From Welwitschia mirabilis (Eukaryota), in contig JBOZIK010000001.1 in assembly GCA_051453625.1 (NCBI GenBank), positions 37,706,064 to 37,769,784 on the forward strand: a stretch of DNA of 63,721 nucleotides, written 5' to 3'. This document shows positions 12,001 through 24,000 of this stretch, one piece after another. The first letter of the stretch is position 1; each line of letters starts with the position of its first letter. The notes under the pieces were generated by a model that worked only from the letters and a program-made list of their open reading frames with translations, did no database searches and was not told the origin of the DNA. The position numbers and the translations under genes were made by a program.

Positions 12001-15000
12001 AAGGAGCTTAGGGATTCTAATAAGGCAAAGCAAAAGTCTAGAGCTTTAACTTTGTCCTGATGTCATCACAGTGTTTTTGGGCTTGTTTTAGCTTGCTTTT
12101 CTTCATCAGTAGCGGGGTTTATCTAGTCTATTGTTAATCCTCGCTAGATGTGGTTTGTATAAGCAATCTTGTTGTTGTAGATGGGCTTATAACTTGATGT
12201 AGTGGTCTTGTGACTGTTTTTTCCCCACCCCCAATTAGCCCCCAACCCTCCAAAGAAAAAAAAGAAGAGAAGGAGAAGAAGACGAAGATGTTAATTTAAA
12301 TGCAGAAAATCATATATCTAGAGTGACAATTTTCAGACGGGTTTACATTTTGCATTATTTAAAACTGATTTAAAGTNNNNNNNNNNGAAATGCAATAACA
12401 AATGATCAATGAGTTTTACGCCAGCATCTCTTTCATAGACCAAAATGCATAGTGCTAAAAGTAACATCATCATTACCTGAAAACTTCAACCATCGATGTG
12501 ATGATTGTGAAAACAAGTGGCTCGAAATCAAACAGTCGACCAATCTTTTTAATTCTTGATTTTAAGATAGCAAAGCTAATGCTTGGGAGGTTACCATGAC
12601 AACAAAATTGACATAGACACAAATATAGGTATTTATTTTTAAATATACATATAACATACATGACAAATCACTTTGTAATACTAAATGATGATCTTATTAA
12701 GCTACTGATGTCAAGTGCTTTTCCTAGGCATAGAAAGGCAACAACATGTAGTTTCTAGTATGAGCTATCCTGAACTTGTCTTAGAGGGCCGTTGGAAATT
12801 AGGTAAGTGGTACAGAGTAACCAAGGCACAAGGTAGAGCTATGTGGGAATAGGCCGAGTGAAGACCTCACAAAAAGACAACAAACAAAGAAAAACAAAAA
12901 ATGTGAAAGATAAAGGGAAAAAAAGAGGGAGAGCGGACAAGAGAAAGGTGGTGTCCTCTAGAATATTCCAAGGGATCCAAAGAAAGGGGTTGTAGTAGAT
13001 CTCTAGGGTCAGGAGTATAGGTTCCAACACTGGATCTCTTTCCAAAGCTATAGGAGATTGGCTTCTCTACTAAGGGAGGAAGGTAGATAGAAAGTTAGTC
13101 TTTTGTAGTTGTTGCCTCAAGCTTCTTGACTGTCTTGCAAGGAAGGATGGGTACCTAGCATAGGCTTCTCCTCATACTTAACTCTAACGTGTCTTTAGAG
13201 TAATGTTCTAGAGTCCAAGGAAAGATAAAAGCATGATTGATCGTAAAAGATCAGTGCAAAGTACAAAGACTAGTAACCCCTTTCTCTATACAAGGGAGAC
13301 GAGTATAAATAGACTTACGTCCTCCAACAAATGTGGAGGAGCTGGAAGAGAAGGAGATGACAAAGGAAAATCACTCCTCAGATGGAAAGGGATTAGGAGT
13401 AGAGCTCGTNNNNNNNNNNNNNNNNNNNNNNNNNNNNNNNNNNNNNNNNNNNNNNNNNNNNNNNNNNNNNNNNNNNNNNNNNNNNNNNNNNNNNNNNNNN
13501 NNNNNNNNNNNNNNNNNNNNNNNNNNNNNNNNNNNNNNNNNNNNNNNNNNNNNNNNNNNNNNNNNNNNNNNNNNNNNNNNNNNNNNNNNNNNNNNNNNNN
13601 NNNNNNNNNNNNNNNNNNNNNNNNNNNNNNNNNNNNNNNNNNNNNNNNNNNNNNNNNNNNNNNNNNNNNNNNNNNNNNNNNNNNNNNNNNNNNNNNNNNN
13701 NNNNNNNNNNNNNNNNNNNNNNNNNNNNNNNNNNNNNNNNNNNNNNNNNNNNNNNNNNNNNNNNNNNNNNNNNNNNNNNNNNNNNNNNNNNNNNNNNNNN
13801 NNNNNNNNNNNNNNNNNNNNNNNNNNNNNNNNNNNNNNNNNNNNNNNNNNNNNNNNNNNNNNNNNNNNNNNNNNNNNNNNNNNNNNNNNNNNNNNNNNNN
13901 NNNNNNNNNNNNNNNNNNNNNNNNNNNNNNNNNNNNNNNNNNNNNNNNNNNNNNNNNNNNNNNNNNNNNNNNNNNNNNNNNNNNNNNNNNNNNNNNNNNN
14001 NNNNNNNNNNNNNNNNNNNNNNNNNNNNNNNNNNNNNNNNNNNNNNNNNNNNNNNNNCATTATGTCATCCAACAACCGTCGAGGAACTGGAAGAGGAAGA
14101 GGAGATGACAAAGGAAAACCTCTTCTCAGATAGAAAGGGATTGGTAGTGGAGCTCGTGAAAGAGAGCAATCTAAAGAAGTCTAGTAGAGCATAGCAGGTA
14201 TTAATAGAGAGAGGGAGCTTTTTTTTTTCTTTCAAAGAAGGCCTTGATGACTAGAACAATCTAGACAATCTCCATCACAAGTGTTAGTAGCTAGCTGCAA
14301 CTGCTTGGGAACACAATGGAAGGGTTCCAACCCAAGGTGGGAATCATCAGACATCTACTAGGAAAGGAGGAACAGAAGCATAAGCAAGGACAAGGAAGAA
14401 TGTGGAGAGATGACCCATTTGATGCAAGAAGAAAGGGAAAGCTTGCACCCCTTCTTTGAGGGTAGAGAAATTGGGAATGATGCATAGAGGAAGAGAAAAT
14501 AGGAAGGGAGCAATGAAGGTGGAGTGCTAGTAATAGCAGTAGGAGGTGGCCTTTCCTGTCAATTAAAGGTGATATTGATTATAATAAGTATACACTTGGA
14601 GGCAGGAAGTAGGAGATATAGAGTGCTTGGGTAGTGCTTGATGGTATCAGAGGGGATCCTTCTACCAAAATAGTAGTCACCCTATTGGGTACCAGGCTGG
14701 TCTTCAACTTGTGGTGTAACAACACAGGTAGATTAGTAGAGGAAATAGAGACATTCGAAAGGGAAAAGAGGTTCCCTTTTGGGTCAAGGATAAACTACTT
14801 ATGTTTTGGGCAGGGGAGACAAGCAGAGGAAGGTTGTTGATGATGTTCTTAGTTGAGAAGAGGCATCAATGGACTAGTAAACACTTTAATAGGCCTTGTA
14901 GTGATTGAAAGAGTTTATGTTGCTAAGAGGAAGCTCCAAAAGGGCCTCTAGAAATGGAGACTGATCTCTTCCACGTCTTGGACATGGAAGGAGGCTAAAG

Positions 15001-18000
15001 GGGTCTTGTCTTCTTTACCTTGAATGTGGGAAATGGGTAGGAGGTCTTCCTGAATCAAATCAAGGTAGATGATGGAAGAGAGATGAAGAGGAGCCAAGGG
15101 AGGGGGTTGATAATGCTCTTCTAATAGAAGAGAGAGACCTCTACTCCGGAGATGAAGGGGAGGGAATGGAGGAAAGGAAGATTGGGATACTGAGGCCTAA
15201 AGATGTGACACCAGTGAGGGATTTGTTTGCAGAAGAGATGCTTGGATGATCGCTAAAGACTAAAAGCAACCTCTTGGACTAGAGGGGTCTCCCTCTTCCA
15301 TGCCCTAAGCATGGAAAGGAGTGTGAAGGATCAAGGATCCACACCCTGGGTGTGGAAGATCTAGGAGAAGGAGCTTGGGGAGAAGGAGAGGGTGAGGAAG
15401 AAGACGAAGAGGGAGGAGGAGGAAGCAAATGGACGGAGGGGATCCTCTTCGAAACAGAGAAGGGATCTTTAGCCTTGAAAAGGGTCTTTGTTTCAAGAAA
15501 GGAGGAATAAGAGGGGTCTTGGAACCTCTGAGGTGATGATTTTCCAGTGGATGACTCTAAAGTCGAGATTTAGCTAGAAGGCAAACTTGTTTGATGGTAG
15601 AACGAGGTGTGGAGGGTTGTGGGGGAGAGAGAGAAAACAAGAAAATAAAAATATGTGAATAGGAATGCAGTTATTACATCACAAAAATACCCAACAAAAT
15701 TTGTGAATAGGGAAGAGGAAAACGAGAAATATGTGATAAGGAATGCAGTTATGACAACCATCTTATTAAGGGTATCACGAAGATTTTTTTACATCATAAG
15801 AATACCTGACAAAATATCCTACTTTGTTCATATCTTTTTTTTATAACATACTATTTGGTTGGAGTGTAATTTCTGAGACTGATTTTTGGAGGAGTCCTAC
15901 TGGGAGGTTCAGAATAAGGATCATTTCAATCATAGCAACGAAGCATGTTGACTTCACTAGTACATCAAATGAGGTATTTGATGATCTTCACTCATTGTTT
16001 GGTTTGGCCATTTTCTTGGAGAAAGATTTGTTTGGGTTAAACATGGATGAAGGTGATGATATCATGGTTCATATTTGAAAATTTAAATCTCTCTTGACTC
16101 GATTAGAAGGTATCAACCAACCTGCCTTTGCAGCTGAATGCAAAAGCCATTCTCTCTAATACTATGCCACCCTCTTGTAAAAAATATTGTCCTTGCTCTA
16201 AAAAAATTTGTTTTTCAATATCCAATAATGCACAATAAGCAATGTTCAGGGTAGGAATTTAGTTGATATAGTGGATAGCATTATTGACGCAGTCTTCCAG
16301 CTCTCAGGCAAGGAGCTAAGAATAGCTATTATGCATATGTTTTCCAGAAATATAACATACAGATTATCCAACTGTATAAACAGTCCTCTCGTCTCATCCA
16401 AGTGGGATTGTGGAGATGAATCTTCCATCCAGAGTTTGAAATCTAGAGTTTGAAAACCCTGTTCTCCTGTATAATACTAGTTCATATCCACTAGCTGATC
16501 AAAATGCTGCTTTAGTTTCTCCCACAGATCACGGGTCATCCTTTCCTTTGCATATGACTGGAAAATGATATTGCTGAGACAAAAATAACTCAAGCATAAT
16601 GCCTTCTTGTCCATTTTGTCGCAGACTGCATCGGACATGACTCAAGGCGTAACTGTTGCTTTGTCTCCTAAACACTAATCATAGCCCTTCTGTAATAAAA
16701 TTCTTTCCATTAAGAATCTTCTAGACAACCTAGTTGTTAGAGGCTATCAGGAGATGTAAGGTCTGTGGAGTTCTTATTAAATCTCAAGCAGGAAAAGTAC
16801 AAGGCACCTAAGCATGCAGAGAACACCTGCATGAAAATGAGTCTCTCTATCACAGAAACCCTAAAAAAAGGGTTTAAATAAACTTTCAGTAGCCCAAAAC
16901 CCTCAAAGCACATGAGGGTTTTAAAATTCCATTACTTTTGTAATATTAAATGGAGCGGGCTAAACAGTCTAATATCTCATATTAAATGAGGTGTACAGCT
17001 GAAATGCACACAAGTTTCAAATTCAATGCCATGTGTCATCACCTCAATGCATGTAGTACATAACATGGGAGGCAGTTTAGCTTCTTCGATATTAAATAGA
17101 AGGCCCACCTCAACGTGGTTTTAAAATGTGACAACTAACAACATGGTACATAACATAAATATGACAAGAGGGTAAAAAAAGGTTATAACGCCAATTTGTC
17201 TCCACACATCACACTTGAGTCACTCTCAATGCCGTATTGTGTTTCTTGTTTACAAAAACAGAGAATAGAGATACAAGTTACCAAAATTGCATTGGTATAC
17301 AACACAGTGGACACATGATGATAACTGCACAAGAGAGAATTATAATTCTAAATTGTCAAGTCACTTCATTGTCAATTAAAAATGAAATATGATCACCTGT
17401 TTGTTGGTTTCAGAGAACCTGATTTGTAGCAGGAAGGTGTTGTGGGCAAAACCGAAGCAAAAAAATTAAACATTAAAAACAGGTCACAAATTTCATTGAT
17501 GCACTTCAGATAAATAGTTGGTACAATCTAATAATAGAGGATATGATCAACCCCTTGAAAGCTGGATCAGATCCCTGAATTGTAAAGTTTGAACTGTCAC
17601 AACTCAAACTATAAATGAAAAATAAAATCTAACTAATGGTACATGGGCATATGTATTGTACCTTATTTTAATAGCATATAATAACAATACACTTCAACAA
17701 AGCCCTTTCCCCTAGTTTTTCCCCTGTTTAATGTAAAGTCTCCAACATGTGAAAGATTGATGTTACTAAAGAAATTGAAACACTGGGCAAAGTTGACTGA
17801 CCTCAAGTGTAGACTAATTATCACAAATATGAACTAACCATTACAAAGTGCACTAACCACAACAAATAGGGACTACCATAATCTGGGACAAAGCCAGGGA
17901 CAAGCTTTTGAAATGTGTGGAACTAACCAAAAACAATGGGACTAACCCAAACATTTAGAAGTTTGGAATGGCATCTTGGGATGTATTGGCTTACCCTTTT

Positions 18001-21000
18001 TCAATTGCTACAGCTATGACTAAAGTTTCAATTCGCCATCTAATAGATCCTTTGCATGTTGAAAACAATGAAGTGCTACATGTCTTTTTTTGTAACACTA
18101 GTAGCTTTTTGCATGTTCCTTATTGTTGTTTCCATGTTTCTTTTGAAATTTCTGTCTTTCAGCAGTCAAGGCACCTCTTTGAACTCATATTGATGCATCC
18201 TTTTGTGTTCTTCAATAAGTGTGGAGATGGTAGTTTCAAATGTACATGAAATTGCTTCAAATTAAAAACAATGTGATCACATTTAGATGGAAGTCTGCTT
18301 GAGAAGATTGCTTCCACATCATCATCATCAATTTTGAGTTTGCTGCAGCAAGTGGAGTTAAGAGGGATCTAAAATTATTGATGTTTTGATCCAAGTCTTT
18401 TGATTATTCCCTTCTTAATCTATACAATTAATGCTTGAGATTTTGTTTAGTCTCATGACTTCTTGAACCAAAGAGTACATAATTCATCCCATACCTCATT
18501 TGAAGACTTAATTAAATTAAGATTCAAATAATTGTCTTCAAGCTCAAGGCAAATGAGAGAAAGTTCTTGTTGATCTTTTTCATGCCACTCCATTAGTTTT
18601 GGCAACTCTGCGGGCTTTTGAAGTTTTCTGCTTATAATTTGCCAAATTCCCTTTTTGATTAATTTGCAATTGCATCTTGGCTTACTGGGTGTGGAAATTT
18701 GAACCATTAAATTTCTCAATGTTCTCACCTATAAACTCTTTTAAAAAATTTCCACCAAAATTGATAGATTCTTTTTATGATGTAGAAAACACTAAAGTGC
18801 CAATCACTATCCTCAACCCCAAAAATGTATTATTAATAATTAATGCATTTACGCAATTTCAACGTAAATTTGAGACAAGTGATTTTTGGGATTACATACA
18901 AAGGGAAATGAGGAAGTGTTGGGATTCAAAAGGAAAATAACGAGGTGAATGTAATAAATTTGTTTCTTGAGAAGAATTTTAAGAAAAGAAGGAATTGGAT
19001 TGATAAATATAATAGATATAGGGTCAACAACAAAACAGACAATAGGTGTGAATGCAAACCTCCAATTTGAACTGGAAGCAGGAGCTTATGTTTGTGCCAC
19101 AAACAATCTGTGTGCGCAACAAGAATGCATCCTTCTAATTTCAGATGTTGTCCTTAAGCAACTTTGTAATGAAAAAATTCCTGTTGATGTGTAGAAATCC
19201 ATAGGGATAAGCCAGGTACGGTTGTGAACCATGGAAAGCAAGAAGCGTTGGAGGAGAGTTCTCAATTGTTGATGTGTCTACTGTCCTAGGAATCCTCTAT
19301 TGGTAGAGTTTGTTGCATTTAAGATTGATTCTTTGACACTGATCTGCCAATTTGAAATGACAACGATAACACCGAGAGGGTTGCTTGTCGATCTTGGTTG
19401 TTGAAAAAAAGCCTTCGTTGCTGATGCCATCAGAAGGGCTGCAAAATTTCTTGGACAGGTGATGATGCAAATTCAACAGGCGGGCGTGGGAGAGGAGGCA
19501 AGTTTTGAGAAGAATGTGACTTGTAGCAAGGATGAGGGTCATCATTTAGGGACTTCCATTCTTCCTTCATTTCTACGTTCCATTTCTTCATGTTAGGAGA
19601 AGTTATAACTTCTGCAAATGTTTTAGAGTCACCACAATTAGTAGGCAAAACATAATTCAAAGATGGAGAATACTTATCTGGTTGCCTTGTCACCCTGGCG
19701 GACCTTCTCACCCAATGTTGTTGATTCACCTGTTCGTAATCTTCAGCCTTTTGCTCATCATGTTCGGCTTCAACTTGTTCATCTTCATTTTCAGCTAGGT
19801 CTTCTAGCTGCCTTCTTGCTGCTCATTTTCATCATCATCATCATCAGCAAATGTTCTAACAGGCTCTTGTTGAGGGATGCTAGAATCAGACATTTCACCA
19901 TCTTGGTTCTAAACATGCTATGGATAAAGCAGAGAATCTTCTCTGAAAGTGACACCTCTGGATCTAACTACCTATTTACAAGCGGGGTCCCAAAGCTTGT
20001 AACCAAAATCATCATTACCATACCAAACAAAGATGCATCTGCATGCCCTGTCATCCAGTTTGGACCTATGTGACTTTTGAACATGGACATAGGCCTCACA
20101 GCCAAAAAACCACAGCTGTGAGTAGGAGATACTGTTTCCTTTTGACAACACTTCAAGAATCTGTCCATCTAGTGCCAAATGACATGACCTGTCAATCAGC
20201 TGTGTAGTAGTGCTAATTGCTTTAGCCCAAAATGATTGTGGAAGACCTGCACTGCAAGCATGCTTCTTGCACGGTCTGACATAGTCCTGTTAAACCACTC
20301 AGCCACTCCATTTTGTTGTGGCATTTCAAGGGTAGCATACTTATGTATGATTTGCTTTTAAGCATAGAAATCAACAAAACCAGACGAGGTGTATTCGCCT
20401 CCATTATCAGATAGAAATTTCTTAACTTTCAACCCTGTTTGTGGCTCAACATGGGCAACAAACCTCTTAAAAACGTCAGTCCTTGATAGGAAGACCCAAA
20501 TTTTTGTGACTAAAATCATCGACAAAGGTAACAAAGTAATGCAAATGACCAACAATAGATGGAGTTTCAAAAGGACCAACAACATCAGAGTAAACAAGTT
20601 TTAACTTACTGTTACTTCTATGATGTTCATTCCTTTTAAAACTTACTTTATGTGACTTTCCAACTTCACAATCTTTATAGAGATCAAAGCTAGAAACAGG
20701 CAAAGGAATGAGGATCAAACCAAGTTGACCAATGTGTCCTAGCTGCCTATGCCACAGGTTTGAATCTGCTGTAACAGCAGCAACCTCTTTTTGCTTCCTA
20801 ATAGCAACAACATGGAAGGTGTACATAGAACCTTCCTTGGTTCTTTTTACAACAGTCATAGCACCTTTGTTGATTTTCTAGATACTTCAGAAAAAGAGAG
20901 CTTGCAACCCAGCTCATTAAATTGTTCTGCAAATAGCAGATTTTTGGTTATTTCTGGAACATGTCTAACATTTCTGATAGTGATGTGTCACCCATCTTGT

Positions 21001-24000
21001 TGCCTCAACACAACACTACCCATTCCTTGAATTTGGAATTCCCTACTATCTGCAACTCGAACTGCACCTAAGGAACATTCTTAATAAGAGCTGAAACAGT
21101 CCCTGTTTGAGCAGATATGAAAGGAAGCACCATTGTCTAATACCCAGACATCTTTGTATTCTTGAGTCACATTTGCAAAGGGATCTAAACAAATAAAAGT
21201 CAAACCTGCATCTCCATCCACCTGGTTAGAGCTTGAAGGTTCATCATTTTTCTTTGTAGCAGCATTTGCTTCCATCGATCCTTTGAAGGCATAACAGTCC
21301 TTCTTTGCATGCCCCTTTTTCTTACAGAACCAACATTCCATGTTTTTGCCTCAGGAAACTCTTCTGCTCTTGCTTCTCCTTCTGTTGTGGTCCCTCGGTT
21401 GTTCCTGCCTTTGCCTTCCACTGCTAAAGCCTCTTTAGAAGTCTGCGATTCAATTGTTCTTCCCTCTTAATCTTGGAGGGTAGATCCAACCCGCTCAAAT
21501 GTCATTGTAGAAATATTCACTGATGTAGTTATTGAGGTTACCATAGTAGACCACAAAACTTGAAGGGAATCCGGGAGAGCATATGACTTTATGAATTTTG
21601 GAATTGTGATCTTATACTCTTCTAACTTGTCTAGGTTGCCTATCATCTCATCTAGATGTTCTTGAAGGGAAATCTTTGTCTTTTTCTTAGCCCTAAAAAC
21701 ATTTTGGTATATATGAAAAGTATTTAGGTTGGGAGCTTTGTCAAACCTGTTTTTCAAAACCTGCTACCGATCATATGGGTTCATATCTATTTTGATGGAC
21801 ATCAGGACACTGTTGCCTAGCGGTAGATGAATGTGTGATAGAGCTTTGGCCTTAAGCTTCATCCAGTCTTCATCCTTCATGGATGAGGGTTTAGACGGAC
21901 CAAGTGTTTCTAGGCAATCCTTCTGAGTGAAGATAACCCTCATCAAAATGCTCCAGTTTCATCACACGAGTTTGTTTGTCATATTGATCATTTCCATTTT
22001 GACTTGCCCTATGAATGAAAAATTAGCTGTCTCGAACTGCATGAATAGACCTAGGAAAATTTCCACTTGCTCCGCTTCGCTCCGCTCGAACTTGCATTGC
22101 TACGCTTGCTTCGCTTGCCATGTTCACAAGCTTTACGCATACAAACCGAGCAAACCTCCCAAGTCTCCAACCAAGGTTCTGATACTAGTTGTCGTAAAAA
22201 CAAATGTAGTAAAAGAAAAATAGCAAGCAAAAAAGGACAACACATAGAAATTTTACATGGAAATCCTTATGGAAGAAAACCAGGGGAAAGCAGTGCAAAG
22301 CTCTTATTAGTGCTTTGGAGCAAAATAAAAATGATGATGATCATAGGTTATAGCCACATGTCTGTTTTATAAGCACCCTTTTAGGGTTTGAACACTGAGT
22401 CCCCTTTTTTCACCCTTTTAGGGTTTTATCACACTACAAAGTAGTTGTATAAAAGTAACATGACTTCATAAGTCATACAAAAGGGAATATAAAATTAACA
22501 TAAAAAGGATTTGTCTTCATAACAACACCATCTATCTAAAGAGTTCACTCTCTTCTTCTTTTCATTATAGTTAGATGGATCGAAGCGGATCGTGGAGCGT
22601 TTTTCTGATTAGGAGATTCTGGATCGCTGGATCACTCTGGATCGTTTTACGGATCGTCCCAAATCACATACCGACTTTTGTAAAATCGCAGGTTAAAATC
22701 CTAAAGCTGGATTGAAACATTTGTTTCAGTAAAATCGCAAGTTGAAAAACTGGTTTCTGTAACTGCAACACTCATTTTTTTGGATTCGAAGGTTGTTTTG
22801 ACGAAAATTGTAGATTGATTTTAATAAAAGCTTGGTTTATAAATAGAGAAAATTGGTTTTTCAACCTACAGAATCCATTTTCTTTCGTGGAGTGCGATCT
22901 GGCTCTGATTTGAAGCGTCTTTCATTGGAACGCGATCTGGAATCGCGCAGATCGTGATTCCGATCCACTCCATCTAACCATGCTTTTCATAATTAAGGAA
23001 AAACCATCCTAATTTCGAAGCCCTTGAACCCTTCTTTGTTCACTGCCTCTTTTGGCTTACTTGATGCTTTCCTGGAGGCTTCCAGTGCATGTTATGGCCA
23101 TTGCACAAGTACTAGCTTAAAGTGTATGTCTAAACATTGTTCTAGTGGGAGGATAGTGGTTGACCCTATTGGGGACCTTGTTGAGTTCATGTACAATTGA
23201 TGGGTGGTTATCTTCCCTAAAGATGTCAGAAGAGGTCTAAGTTGATATCAAATCTTTGGGATGCATCAAAGTCAAGTGACCTTGCCTGTGACACTATACT
23301 GTGGGTGAGTTCGTGCCTAGTGCCTAGGGGGGTGCCGAGTTCTAGTAGATGGACGTTCACGACATGAGTGGGGACCTTGTTGAGCAATCTTCCTTCTTTT
23401 CTTCATGCTTTAAAGTGCACTTCTATTATCATTTCCTTTGTTAGCTGATCCTACACCCATGTCTCCATTCCAAAGGCTTATGTCATTTTGTCTTACCGAA
23501 AAAAGAATTATGACATCTTCCTTATTGCTATAGCTTTGCTAAGCTTGTTTAGTGGCCTCTCTTCCCTCCCTTCTTGATATCTCAGCCTCTTTGCCCTAAA
23601 ACAATAGGTGGAAATTTTCTCATTCTCTCTTGTTCCCAAGCTTCTGAACCTGAGAGTCACCCTCTCTTCATGTTTTCCTAATAGTCCACTCCTCCCATAC
23701 CCATGCTTCCTTGTTCTCATCACCTCATAAACTTCTGCTCTGACCTTAGGGCTTCGTTTCCTACCTTAGTCATAAGGCCCCCATTGCTCCACTCCCTAGG
23801 CAATTGGAAGTTGCCACTTTAGTCAAAACAATCTCCACCTTCGTGATGGCCTTAGACACTCAATTCTTTAGCTTCTGTGTCTTTCACAACTCCCTCTAGG
23901 TTAGATTGACAACACACTTCATTAGTTTCATATGGATTGATTCCATATTGCTAGTGTGGCTCCCTCCATTATTGATTTTGTCTTCGTGCATTCCCTTTTC

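Larger units (their letters stand above)
19540..22527 (-). mobile_element. Ty1/Copia retrotransposon, 3'-truncated (5' LTR, PBS, gag, protease, integrase, start of RT)
   Basis: gag ATG at 21997. Zinc knuckle [14 protein letters not shown], protease [20 protein letters not shown], integrase [10 protein letters not shown] / SDNGGEY / FGCEAYVH, then RRSAR and KTFAEV..W..EMKEE. Homology stops at ~19540. Many stops and frameshifts. Confidence 0.9.

Noticed and set aside
13233-14133. Long ORFs spanning N runs (also 29979-31009, 32085-32603, 42284-42634, 55217-55596)
   Set aside because: They are open only because Ns contain no stop codons.
22380-22430. TTTAGGG telomere-like motifs
   Set aside because: Two isolated units inside an LTR, not an array.
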